Shown here one piece after another: positions 1 to 13,295 of a stretch of 64,000 nt of DNA (positions are counted from its first letter, which is position 1; each line of letters opens with the position of its first letter). The notes beneath the pieces were generated by a model. It ran no database searches. It saw nothing but the letters and a program-made list of their open reading frames with translations, and was not told the origin of the DNA. A program made the translations under genes and the position numbers. This stretch comes from Lepidodermella squamata (lineage: Eukaryota; Animalia; Gastrotricha): the NCBI GenBank assembly GCA_047495785.1, contig JBLDXI010000024.1, forward strand, positions 248,001 through 312,000. The letters are read 5' to 3'.

Positions 1-1869
1 GTCTCTTGAGCCACTTTCTAAAAAGCGACGTCATCTACGACAGCGTCCTTAGTGGATTGTTCCACGTTTCCTACACCATCATCAGTGTGCTAGTCATGCT
101 CACTGTTCTAACCGTTGTGGCCCATGCAACAGCAAATCTTGGCAAACGGGTCATAATTTCGCTCCTGTGAGTTGCTAATTTTCGAGTTCGAAATATTTTC
201 TAAAACCATTTTTCTGCCAGGTTCTACATCATCGGAATGCAATACCCTACTTTTTCCAACGTGCTGTTTGGCCTAGTCTTTTTGATTGGACTTTTAATTT
301 ATGCAAATTCGAACCGCCTGAAATTTAGTGAGGAAATTGAAGCTAGTGACCTAATTGGTACTAATAATGTTTTACGTCATAGGTGAAACCCAGGAGAGCC
401 AAACATTGATTTTGACTGGAATTTTCACAGCATTCGTGCTGGCATGTGCACTATTCCCGGGTAGCTTCATGGCCTCCACCGCTTCAGTTTCGAAGCCGAC
501 GCTAGTCGACGACCATCGACCGATTCCATTACCTGTAGCCGTTACTCCCCCCACGTTTAGGGCCAGAAAGGATTTCTTCATTACGAAGGCGAACAAGATT
601 AACTACATCAATGTGGACTCATCCAACATCGATACCTTGTATCCCAAGTGAGTCAAATTTTTCCAATAAGATCCCAGATCAATATATCTAATTTGTAAAT
701 TTCAATCCGCAGTTTTCAAACTACACTGAGTGCTGAAGAAGAAGAGTTCTTGAATGTTGACTTGTTTGCCAACCCGGATCGAGCGGATTGGCTGTCAAAG
801 CGGTTGCCGATTGCTCACGATGTGGTGCTCGAGGCTCAACGCATTCATTATCAATTATTTTCCCGTCTGGTCAAAGGCTACAAGAGAGCCGTTTTAGTTA
901 ACGTCTTCACGTGGGCTAATCGCGGTGATCACTTGATCACGATTGGCGAGCGTGTTATTTTGTCCCGGTTCAACTTAACATTAGACTACTACTGCTTCTA
1001 TCCCGGCGATGATTGTGATTTCCACGGAATTTCTCGATCAAAAGATTTGGTAGTATTCATTCAAGGCGCGGGGTATATTGGCCACGAAGCTCATGTTCCT
1101 GTCGTCAAGAAAACCATTAAGGCTTTTCCGAACAACCGCGTGATATTCTTTCCAATCAGCGTGTGCTGTACCAGTAAGGAAGAAATAGCAGCCTATCAAA
1201 ACATTTTTGTTACTCACAACGATTTATGGCTTCTCCTACGTGACCGATTTTCTTATGAGGTATGTCTTGTCATTATTTTACCCTTATTCGTCATGTAGCT
1301 TGGAATATGATTTGCAGATTTCAAAGAAGTCATTCACCAAGACGAAATGCTACCTCTCGCCAGATTCCGCCTTTGCAGTTGGCCCTCAGAAACTGACGAT
1401 TGTCCCAACTCACGACCTCATTTGGGTAAAACGTGATGACTGGGAAAACTACAGAGATAAAAACCACGACGAGCTTCCGAAAATTCCGAAAAATATGACT
1501 GCTCTCATTCAGGTAAACTCTAAGCTAACGTTGAGATGTTTTTATTATCTGTGATTTTTTATCTGAAAGGACTGGGACGAGCATTTCATGGACCAGCAGA
1601 CACCAGACTTCATGGAGGATCATCAGCTCAAATCCATGAGTGCATTTGTCTACCTTGCTCGAGGGAAAGTTGTGATAACTGACCGGTTACATGCCCATCT
1701 AATGAGCACCTTGTTGGGGAAACCTAATATAGTTGTAAATTCGATTACGCGTAAGCAGCAAAATTATTATGATACCTGGGAACACAGCATAAAAACATCA
1801 GCATGCGTTGATTCAGCTACTGAAGCGTTGTCAATTGCGAAGAATTTCATTACCATGTTGAGGCTTTAA
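1..1869 (+). CDS. 5'-truncated multi-exon gene: C-terminal part of a triose-phosphate-transporter (TPT/SLC35E-like) membrane domain fused to a polysaccharide pyruvyltransferase (Pvg1-like) domain
   Basis: Exons approx. <1-166, 221-327, 383-647, 713-1259, 1318-1512 and 1570-1869, joined by GT-AG introns of 54-65 nt. Exons 1-2 translate to SGLFHVSYTIISVLVMLTVLTVVAHATANLGKRVIISLLFYIIG...NVLFGLVFLIGLLIY, resembling the TPT 'HSVANxxKRVxVI' motif. Later exons give WANRGDHLITIGE, FIQGAGYIG, LLLRDRFSY, SPDSAFAVG and VVITDRLHAHLMSTLLGKP, which are PS_pyruv_trans motifs. Confidence 0.8.
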
Positions 1870-3905
1870 TCAGAATTTATGTTTTTCTATGCTTTCTGGA
1901 ACGATGTTGAAATCCGGCAATGTTTGTGTAAATAAATTATTTGCGGTAAATAAAAACCTGGTATTTCAAACAATATTGCTTTTCGGTATTACTTCACTTT
2001 GACCTCCTGCGAAAGATGAAAGATCCAAAGGGTAGGATATCTGATCGAGTGTGATCGAGTCTGATCAAAATACCAATCTACAGCATGATAAATCGAACAA
2101 CTGAGTGTCCAATTAATGTCCAATGATGAAGTATGAGCCTGGTGGAAAGTGTACGAGATCGACAATTTATTCTACCTTGCTCGAGCACGGATGAGTGATA
2201 GATGAGATGCACGACGTTTCTACTTGCTACTTTCACTTTCACTTTCTACTTTCAAAGCTGCTGAACAACATGTCCAGCGTCACAAGCGTTCCGTCGAAAG
2301 CCGGAAGCCGCGGTGGTTCGCAATGTCCGGAATCGAATGGAATGGCGGCGGGATGTAATGTAGTTTTATTTAGGTGAATCGAGTTGTCAGTGCAGAATCG
2401 GGAATTTAGGAAGCTTTTGGTTATCAGCATCCGATAACAAATCTTCAAATTTCAAGATAAAAATTCTAGTCTAGAAACACGGGACAATCGACAAAAATTT
2501 ATGCTCGCTGGAACGATTTACTGCGACAAATTAATATGAGTTATTAGGGATGATTATTGGTAATTACAATAATTTACTCTTTTTCTGTCAAATAATAAAT
2601 AAAACTTTAATAAGGGAAAGAAAATCGATATATCGATTTTTGGCGCTAAAAAGAAAGTTTTGATCTTGATCGTGTAGTTGTGATTTCCTCTGGCCATGTA
2701 CTCAGACATGTTCCGACTATACATTTTTTGTACTTGAGCAGAGAAACTATTAAGTATAATATAGCTGCAAAATGTGTATCATGTTGAAATCCTTCCCAAT
2801 GTGCTGCATCCAACTGAGCCTGATGAAATAATCTAAAAGCGTAATTGAGGTTCATCCTGCGTTTCTTCCCTTCCTTGTTCCGCTATCACCAACTGTTGAA
2901 CCTGAAACGTGTTATATACTACTTTTATATCAAGCTAGACTGGAATGAGAGACGAGCGGTCATATTAATATCGGTAAATATAGTTCTTCGATGTTACCAT
3001 CTCTCGGATCGATAATTGAGATATATTTCTTATTCTCAATTCATCCGAACGGCGAACGGGCATTATTCCTTCTCTTCGTATGTGCGCTGGTCACCAGTCG
3101 GACATCGACTGTGGATCTGCTCAATCACGCGGCTTATACAAAATAGTATTAATAGCAAATCATGGAATCCATTTGGGGACGGACATTTTGTTCTTGATGC
3201 TCGTGCTCTCGTTATCCCGTTGTTTTAAATGTTACCTGGCTCTATTTGCGTTCACGCCCGCTCTGTAGATGGCTTTTATGAAAATGATGATAGCGTCTCA
3301 TGTATCATTGTTCATTTCAGTTTAATTGCTAACAAATGTAGGCAAACAGTAGTAGTAGTAGTTGTCAAATCTTCGAATATTTTTTAACCCCTTTATTAAA
3401 CTATAAGTCACAAATCATTGAATCGTAGCATTCGGTGATCGGTGACTTGACGGTGTTGGGATTCGGTGGCTTGTTCTACCTTTTTATTGCTAAAGGTTGT
3501 TGCGGCGCATAATTCGTTCAAGTGACATTGCTTATCATGACATTGCTGGCGTTTGTTTCTTTCTTTCTCTTAGCTGGGTGTATACCCATTTATACTTGCT
3601 CATATTTCATGTTACGTTTCACTTTTGAATCAGTGTCGATAAATCACAATTCATCAGGTAATCAATTAAGTGCATGACATATAACGATAAGAACGATCTC
3701 TTATCCTCTTATCTATGATGACTGGACTCTTTGTTCCGTTTTTGTGCCACTTTTTTTTAATTTCAAAACGAGATTCCCTACGCAATCAAGCCTGGAAGCC
3801 AGTCATTTTATGAGTTGTAAGAAATTATTTCTCGTTTTCACGCCGTAGATGTTTATATGATCATGAGTTATTAACCTTGATTTTCCGTTGATTACCTCGC
3901 GTTTC

Positions 3906-6900
3906 ATGGCGTCTGGGGACGCGCGCGTAGTCGAAGAATTCACGCGACTACTTGATAAATCGAAGCAACTATTCAACGGACTGAGGTAGATTTTCGTCTG
4001 CATCAATTTCGGTGTTTACAGTGTTAACATAGGGAGCTGCCGCCGCATGGTCACAAACATTGGCAAGCATATTTCGGTCGCACTTTCGACGTGTATACTA
4101 AATTGTGGAAGTTCCAACAGCAATACCGGTAATTTTTACTATCTATATTTGATTTCTTTCAGGTATTTACTCAAGTTTTGCTTGGTTTTATGCTGATTAT
4201 CGCCGATTGGCACCAACCATCAATGCTAAATATATAGAGTATATGACATTTAAATCTCGCCATTCGCTATGGTTATCGCTTTTGCTGATAATCGACCGCT
4301 CCAGTTTGTAAACAGCCTCTCGCGTTTATTTGGCAGTATTACAGCTATCATCTTCAATATATTATATTTGCTTCGTATCTCCTCATTTATACAGTAGTGT
4401 TGGCGCGCGATGTGCCATTATTTCTGCGGGGAAGAGGAACAAATTGTGCGGCACGCGGGGCGATGTCGAAGATTGTGGCGCCGTCAATTGCGGCTACACT
4501 GTGACTAGTTGTCTTTTTTATTTTGTCTATATCGTTCTTATTTAGATACGTTAGTATGTGCTGGCCATACTAAAATTTTGGACCGTAGCTGGGCGCGTGC
4601 TCCGCGGGCGGTAGTAGTAGTAGTTCGCGATGTGAAAAATGATGATGTTATAAAACTAATACTCTATGCGCTTGCGCGTGCGCCATGTATATCTGCGATG
4701 TTGCGAATGTTGGCCCACTGGGGCTAAAGTAATTCTAGCATTGCCCGCTGGCTATAAGATTTTTGCAGTACATAACCGATCATTTTGAAGTGTTTTACTG
4801 ATTGGAGCTGTGCAAATTTTGATTGCTCCATAGTGCGCATATTTTATACAGGTTGCGGAACAAAACAGCTGTATTTTTCGCTTTCTCTCGCATCTTCTGC
4901 GTTCTTATTTTCCGCCGCGCTGTCACTTGTCCTTTTATTATTAGCACAAATGCTGCCTAGTTAGCGCTTGCGCGTAAGTAATTCAGCAAAACAAATGAAT
5001 GCCGCCACCTATGTGTACCAACACGATCGATATATTACCGCTGAATAGTAATTTGAGGTTGCTTTCTATTTGACAGGCAAGTGCTGGACGCCAAATTGGG
5101 GCTGAAAAGGTGGCAGATTGGAGAAATCGCGTCCAAAATCGGACAGCTATACTACCATTATTAGTTAGTTTGACGGATGAGTGAAATGAGGAGAAAACCA
5201 ATTTTTTGATTGATTTTGCAGTTTGAGAACGAGTGAAACTAATTATTTGTTCGAATCATTTGCTTTCTACGCGGCGATACGCCAGCGGCAGTATTACAAT
5301 GACATCGAAGCGGAGAGGCGAGCTGATTTAGTGGTGAAAAAACTGCGATATTACGCGAGGTTTATCGTTGTTTGCTTGCTGTTGAACCGCACGAAACTGC
5401 TCGACGAGCTGTTAACGGAGTTTGCTGCTGAAATAGACAAATTCGCTAAAAGCTATGGCCCTGACGAACAACTCGAGTGGTCGCTAGTCATCGATGAACT
5501 ACGCGCGTTCTTGCGGGCAGATCGCTGCGTCGAGGTGTTGGACTCGAGCAACCACCTTGTACCGCTCGTCCACCGCCTGACGCCCTTCTCCGCCTCTGCG
5601 CCGCCCGCCCCGCCTGTCTCGTGCAGCCTGCCGTCGATGAAATCGGCCGCGGGCAAGCAACAGGTGCCGGCCTTGCAACAAAACCCGTTTGGCGCCTTCA
5701 ACTTCCCTGGAGTCAGGCAGCATTTGCGCCTGCAGGAGGCGGTTATAGTCGGCGCGTCGCATGCCCAGCCTCGATTCTCCGAGCTCACGATAGACGCGTA
5801 CCGGATCGCTCAGGCAATTGAGCGGCAACCCGACGACATCCTGGTCGCAGCCTCCGCCTCGTCACGCATCTATGACTCGTCCCCGGTGCCAGTTCGACGT
5901 CAAGGTGCGTCATCGGCGGGTCAGGCTGCGCAGCCGAGCCAGCCTCCTGGTGGCCCGAGTATGTCGCCCTCGACTTCACTTGGCATGAGCGCGCCGGTTC
6001 GGCGGGAAAATCCGCACAAGTACCTTATTTACCGGCCGACTTTCGCTCAGCTGTTCAACTGCATATCAGCCGCGCATCGTGACGTCTCGTCTAACGGGGT
6101 TCTACTCGTTTATTTATCGTCGGACGCGGCTGGTGGCCTGCCGTCATCGCCCCAGCCCGAACAACGGCCTTTCAGCCCTGGAACGTGGGCAATGAACGAG
6201 AGTGGGCACTACGCTGCGGATGAGCCTCAACGCATGCAACAGCCTCGGTTGGGTGATCTTGCTAATTCGACGATTCAAACATCTCAATATGCTGAAGATG
6301 GTAATTTGCAATTTGCATAATTTTGATATCCGGATAAAAACAGAATGGAGACCGGGGACCAAAAATGGGGTTAAATGAGTGAGGCATGGCTAAAAAGCTG
6401 AAATGCTCGGCTTGAAAGGGCGAAAAATTGCGGTTTTCATAGAATTTCGGAATGATGTGACGTGAAGATTTAATTTTTCAAATAGCCCCGCTTGTTACCA
6501 CGAATTCACTATTGCTTCTCCTTGAAAAATTTGATGGCTAAGAACGTGTTTTCTAAACAAAACGTAAATTATGGGAAATTATGACCTGAGATATCGCCAA
6601 AAACATCACCGTTACGAAATCTCTAAATATTCAGGGGTCTGAAAATCGTCAATATTCGCCATTAATATGATGGCAGGTTACTTAGGCCAGGGTAACGTTG
6701 GAATTTCTTGGCTTTTCCGGGTTATTGGTCTTTTTATGTTTCTTATGCATTCCTCTACTGTTTTCAGCCGATTTCATGTATGGCGTAGCGACCGAAGCGA
6801 TCGAAAATACTCCTCGAACGTGTGTCATGAGCGATGAACACCTCGCAGATCAGCAATTGGAGGACGGATATCCTGTGCTTGATGGTTCATCCAGGCCACC

Positions 6901-8259
6901 GCCCACCATGTCAACCAGTGCGATGGCTCCGGGTGAGAGCGAGTCGCGTCGGAAAAAGCGGTTAAAAAATCAAAAGCCGAGGCCCGAGTTGATGCTATCA
7001 CCTTCCCTGCTGCCAAATACGGGCAAAGATCGAAACTGGTTTGTTATATCGTTTCAAATGCATTCGAATCTAATTAGATTTTTAAAACAGCTTGTATCCT
7101 GGAGATTTGTACCCGTTTTTGCGGAAACCACTGATGCTGATCATTGATTCGGACAACAGCGCGGCCTTCTCTCACTTCCCATCGCTTTTCGGCCAGCCGC
7201 TTGTCGCCCTGTTATCGCCTTCGCGCCTGCCCGCTCCACTCGCGTCGCGGCGGCGCGATTCTGGCGGCCTATTCACGCTATTCCTCCACTCGCCCCTCGC
7301 TGCATTTTGTTTCGTCTGTGGCGTTCGCTCGATGCCAGTCGCTCTTTGGGACCGCTGCCAAGCCGTGGTTCACAAATTTCTACTGGCCTCGTGCCGCCTG
7401 TTTTTGAATCCACCCGCTGATGACATAGGTATGCATTTGCTACTAATAGCTTACAGCTGTGTCATCTGGAATGTGAAAATGAAGGTCTAAAGGGTACACG
7501 GCATTTTTTGTGGCTTTGACACATTCCCAACCGTGCCTGACCTTGGATCCATCTTAAATTTCAGATTTCATTATCTTTCTAACCTAGTTCCGTGGGTAAT
7601 ATTCATTTTCTATAGATCCGAGCTATGTGGCGATGTTTTCTGACGATTTCCTGCGATCTCTCGTGCTGAGATTCGTCTTCTGTCACTACGTCCTGTCGTG
7701 CCACGTGACAACAACGGTGCCTAAAATGTCGCATATTCAAGACAAGCGTAACGCGAGCAATGACGAGGACGACGAGGAAGAATCTCGATTGATGCCAGTA
7801 TTAGTTTCACCTCAGTATTTACCTCTCGCCTGTCCGCAACTGCCTAGGCGGAGAATTCTCGCTAATATGCAGCTATACAGTATTCTTGCCGACCTGGCTG
7901 CCAGCCTGTCAATACTCGACCAGTTCCCGTGCCTAGCCGCCCTAGGACCTCAGCAGCAACAGTCAACGCCAGCTTTCAGCGTCCCGACTCACAACGAATC
8001 GTATTATCAGAATGTGAGGCAGCAACGAGAGTACTCGCAGCCGAAACCTCATCACCACCACCGAAGCAGTAAACACCATCAGCGCGCCGCGTCCGCGTCG
8101 AGATCGACCCGTTCGATGGCCGAGGTCCAGGTCTCGCCCGGGCGTCAGGTGTCGCTGTCGCCGCCACCCGCCCTACCGGCGCGTGGGCCTACGTCTACGA
8201 AATCGAGCTCAAAAAGTGGTCATTCGAAGGTGCAAAGCCATCGTGAACAAAGAGAGTGA
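3906..8259 (+). CDS. SCAI: Protein SCAI (suppressor of cancer cell invasion) orthologue, 7 exons
   Basis: Exons 3906-3985, 4033-4128, 5077-5163, 5222-6300, 6768-7038, 7091-7428 and 7616-8259. The spliced translation contains KSKQLFNGLRELP, FGRTFDVYTKLWKFQQQYRQVLD, GLKRWQIGEIASKIGQLYYHYYLRTSETNYL, VKKLRYYARFIVVCLLL, RENPHKYLIYRPT and CLYPGDLYPFLRKPL, all SCAI signatures. Confidence 0.93.
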
Positions 8260-9860
8260 TTTTATGTTGTTGTAGTTTTTCTATTCGCTTTGTACCTTAA
8301 CCTTAATTCATTACCTCCAGATCGGCTTGATTGTGAGTATCTAAATCACACAAAATAATAATATCAATTTCTACCTATGCCCTATATTGTTTACACGCAT
8401 TTTTCCATGTAGTGGATCATCTTCTTACCTAGCCGGCTTCCGTCTGTTATTATTCAATAAACTGCAAGACAGTAACTTCGCCTCTCACCAAAGAGCGCTC
8501 TCGAGTTATAACTTCTTCCAGCCGCTTTCTCGTGTGCATTTCGTTTTTCTACATTCAATAATGAGTGAGCTATAAACGCAGAACCACCTCCTTATTTTTG
8601 TTGTGCTATTTTTTACGCTAGCCGCATTTTCGCCAAATGTTTGTCTCGGTTTGTGAAAATCAGATTATATTAATACTGATTCATTACTCGTCAGTCTGTA
8701 ACAGAGTTTCCGCGTATTTTTGCAACACAGCGCAGATATTTTGTCTACGATACACATGCCTATCTTGTAGGTATTACTTTTCTCGTCCAAGTGCAAAGAA
8801 TTTGTATTGGTTATATACTTATAAACAAATGTAATTATTTATAGCAGCAGCAGCAGCGCGCCTCTGCAACCGTAAGCTGCAGAGAACTGATGAAATTAAA
8901 ATAAATAAAATCAGCCGTTAATAACGTGATAAAACAAATCTCCCAGCTTTTTTCACTTGGTTTCATAGATTTATTGTTCACCATTTGAAAATAATTTGTT
9001 GTACTGCAGTGATATTTGATATTTTTTTATCATAGATTTGTCGTAAACGCGGGATATATCGAGCGAGAGCATAGATCTTGCAATGTGAAGTTATGAAGCA
9101 CAGAGATTATACAGTTACAGCTCATACACCCATTCAAGCTTCACAGCCTCATTTTGCGCAACCGTGAAACACAAGACAGATAGATTCACTCTCTCAAGTG
9201 GAGGTATTAGTTCAATTATTGAGACAGAAAAGAGAATCAATTATTGGTAACGAGATTCGCACCATCCTGACTGGGCAGCGATCAACAGACAACAATCTCC
9301 GAGAACTAAAACCGAGAAGCTATAATATCCACTTGATCAAGGCTGACGAGAAAAACCGCGGCCATAACAACACCATTCAAAAGCAGCAGGATTTAGCAGA
9401 CAGGCAAAAACAGGAAACAAAGACTGCAATTTTTCCCAATACTCAAGTTGAGGTAAAATCGCTGAGAATAAACTCGCTGTTTAAACGAACCAGCGCAATA
9501 AACCACGGCAAAGAGGCACAACACCAACGAAAGATCGATCTCATGGCCGCATTTCATTACCATCATCGACAAATATGAAAAAAATAAAGAATAATTATAT
9601 AAACTATGATTGGTTTGTACATATATCGAGGAGTCAACAAAAAATCTTCCCTTCATACACTGAAAATGGCACGGAAATGAAGATTCGTCCTCAGTCAAAC
9701 GGTGGTGCAGTATTATTGAAAATAACGTGCTTTTTCAAAATTATTATTATTATCATTGTAACCGATCACTGTGAGTGCGAACACCGCCAAATTTGATAAT
9801 GACTATAAAACGATATATTTTTGGATTGCGTCGATTCAAAAAATGTCGATAACGATGCGT

Positions 9861-12105
9861 TTATAACTCTGGGTCACTGGGCGAGCTATTGATGAAAGGG
9901 ACTTTCTTTTTTTCGTTGCTATTACCACTACTATGCGTGGTGTCAAGTTGCATCGTCTCATCACTGACGTCGGCTGGCTCGTTGTCCTCATCGACAAATT
10001 TTGGATCCGGGTTAAGTTTCGGCGAAAAACTATTAGTCCGCGCGGGTTTTTTCTTCCGTTGTAATTCACGGCGAATATAAGCAAAATACAGCACAAGCAA
10101 TACCAGAAACAAAAACGACGAAAAAGCTGCGTAAATCAAGAACGCCAAAAACCGTCCGTATTTCTCATAGATCAAGGCGGACAAAACATTGCCGGCGCCC
10201 AGGCCGAAGCCAAAATAACAAGCGCCGAGAATGCCTTGGACCGTGGCCGACGTCCCAGGGGGCGCGACGGAGGCCGCGAAACGCGACGCGGCCGTGAAAT
10301 AGAACGCGAAACAAAATATGTGAATCGCTTCGAGAAGAAGCGCGAGCCACGCTGTTTCCGGCGTCAGATACGCGTAGCACACAAATCTGAATGCATAAGC
10401 CGCGTACATCATCAAGAAGCAGACCGTCTCGCCCAATTTGTTAACAACCGTGCCGGAAAAAAACAGGCTCGGGATTTCGCAGGCGCAACAGATTGCAGAG
10501 GCCAGTCCGATCATAAACTTGGTAACATGTAAATCGTTGCTCATCAGCATTGGCCATACCACATATAGCACTCCAAGAAACATTCCAGATGTGAGTGCAA
10601 CCAGGCAAGATATGCAAAATAGTGGTACGCGGAAAACTTTGCTTAGAGCTGCGCAAAAGCCCATGCGCTTTGGTTGCTTGCTAGTCGGGCTGATTATCAT
10701 ACTGTCGTCATGATGATATTGCGGCACTCTCTGTAGAAGGATGAAGCGGATTTAATAAAAAATTGAAAATCTGTAAATTACCTTTGGTAACCAGAAAAAT
10801 GCAATAAATGCCGCCCCAATTCCGAATATGCCCAAACTATAAAAAACTGGCTCGTACGTCACGAATGTGTCAATTATCGGTCCCAATGCTCCGGCGGCAA
10901 CACCCCAGGCAATTGTGCCAAATAAGCGCTGTTGGCCCCACAATGAACGATGACGAGGTCCAAGGATGTCGTACGTAATAGCGTCAGTAAGACTAATGAT
11001 GGGACCGAATGGGATCGCTCCAATCGATCTCAGCAACAGAATTGTAAAAAATAGCCGTGTGTTGTCATTTTTGACCTAGATAATTTTTATCAGCTAATTA
11101 ATAGACAAAAAGAGTCCGATTTGCTTACAGAATTGGTATTAGCATAATTAGTCGGATCTATACTGACCCGATATTTCGAGCAGCCACAATCAATGCTGCA
11201 TGGCATGGTGTCCACATTATTGCATTCCAGTGAAACATGATTTGAAGTATCAGCTACTGACAAGGCGAAACTTGAACATTGACCACCTAGAGAAGAATTT
11301 CCCTTAGTTCCAAGTTGCAGCTCCAACCCGCTGAATGGTTCAACTTTCTTAGGAAAACCGACATATTTCTTTACTGACACTGCAATCAACAAAAATATCA
11401 GCCGAGTGCCAAACAATATGAATGTTTGAAACTAACCAAAGTTACGACAAACGACTTGACACCCATCATCAACATGGGAGCAATTTTTTTGAAAGCCAAG
11501 ATCTGAATGATGCAGGGAAACTTTTGGTTGTATGGCCGTAACGTTAGAAAGGAGATCGTCGGATAATCCGCAAGCTTCAAACTATTGTGCCGGTTTTCAT
11601 TAGCAAGCTGCATATGCTCAGCAAAATGTAAAAATAAATGTTTACCTGAAATTCGTGGGTATTGTTGTTGCATCGTAAATACATAGGATGCGTCACGGAT
11701 TTTAATTCTGGTGGGCGGATGAAACTCAGCGAGAAGAACAAAATTGTAAATACCAATACGCATAGGCCAAGCACAAGACGATGCCTATTGGTCTTATCAG
11801 CTATACTGCCGAAAATTGGTCGAGATACTGAGCCAACAAGCGTAAATATTAGCTCTATGATGCCGATTTGAGACTTAGAAAGCCCCAACGAAAAGAAGTA
11901 CAAGATGACATAGGGAAGGAAACTGCCCAACGCTAAATTAAAGATCATATTAGATGACATCTCGTCTAATAGCGAAAAATTTACCTCCGAATACAAAGAA
12001 ATATAAAGCTTTCAAGTTAAGCCATTCCTTGTTTGTGAGACCATGCCAGTATGGTGTCTCACTTGCAGGGGTTCGAGGACCATTGGCATTGCTAGGTTTG
12101 CCCAT
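9861..12105 (-). CDS. MFSD6: Major facilitator superfamily domain-containing protein 6-like transporter, multi-exon
   Basis: The first exon from ATG 12105 gives MGKPSNAN...LKALYFFVFG, spliced to ALGSFLPY...PIFGSIADKTNRHR. Later exons give WGQQRLFGTIAWG and EAIHIFCFAFYFTAASRFAASVAPPGTSATVQGILGACYFGFGLGAG. There is a Cys-containing loop exon at about 11077-11640. The start codon is less certain than the family call. Confidence 0.82.
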
Positions 12106-13295
12106 CCACTATCGACTTTGTTGTAAAATAAGTCTCAAGAGACGGCAGCAGCTAGATTTCCTAAATCAAAAAGGCACGCCTAGAGGCACAAGGTACGGAT
12201 TTGCAGCCGATATTAGACAGATCCATAGCAAAAGATGCTTGAAGATTGAGCCGAGAAAGACTTAAAGACATTTTTGTTAACTTCACCCGGCTTTGGTGTT
12301 TAGGCTCGAAGAAATTGTCAAAATAAATATCTTTCTGGCAAGTTATGATAATCAGAGTTCTGGGTCTGAGGTTAGCAGCAACGATGACCATGGCCCACTG
12401 CAGTCTACTGTACACTTGAGTAATGAGTATAATAGAGGGTAGAGATTAAGTATCCACGTCCGAAGTCCGAAAAGTGTAAACAAGTCTACTAAGCGGAAAC
12501 ATCAAAATCTCTGCGAAACAGAATAGAGCGCCACAACGCAAAATTTACATGCGGCAAATTTTTTGTAAAATATATGTTTCCTTATTTTTTATTTTTTAAA
12601 TTAATTTAAGTTCAAAAGGTTACTATATTGTGAAGTATAAAATGTGGCGAAATTTTCAACTTTTTCGAAAGCGGCTCGGAAGTTTTTTGACGGGAAGACT
12701 ACACATCTCGTGAGAGTAACCGTTGACTCTCAGATGTAGGAAAAGCAGATCGCGGCTGCATTCGTGGATTAGGAAGTGACTGTGGATCATACTTGACATT
12801 CGGTCGAAGAGAAAAGGCTTGAGGAGGTGTGTTGGCAGACACAACCAGAGTAGGCAAATTAGGCAGTTGCTGCATAGCGGTTGAAACACTAATCTCTGTC
12901 GATCCTGACTTCTAGGTATGAGGGCAGGGCTGTCCTCTTTTTAGAATCGCCTTCGGCTTTTGGTATCAGGTTTTAGATTTCTGGTAGCAGTTTACCCTCC
13001 GCTGTGTACAGTCCCAAGTCCCAAAGTCAACATAATTACTTACTTTAAATGGTTACTAAATTATATAAGATAGTAACAAGTAGTAATAATAACCAACAAT
13101 TAAGTATAAGGAATGAAATCAAGATGCATGCACCGTTTCTTCTCAGAATTGGCCTCTTGCTTATCGATAATCAACTAGCTTGGTGTGATTCAAGATTCAA
13201 CTTACTATTACTTATATATTTTTGATTGAATAGGCAGAAATTTAATTGGATTAGTGATTCAGAAGTTTAAATGACTGATTAGTATTTCAACCGCT

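Noticed and set aside
750-1869. Bacterial contamination as the source of the pyruvyltransferase
   Set aside because: The gene has spliceosomal introns of the same size and style as neighbouring animal genes, and a downstream AATAAA.
1950-3800. Possible minus-strand gene between the pyruvyltransferase gene and SCAI
   Set aside because: Only short frames and scattered splice-like sites. I could not build a consistent exon chain or recognise homology.
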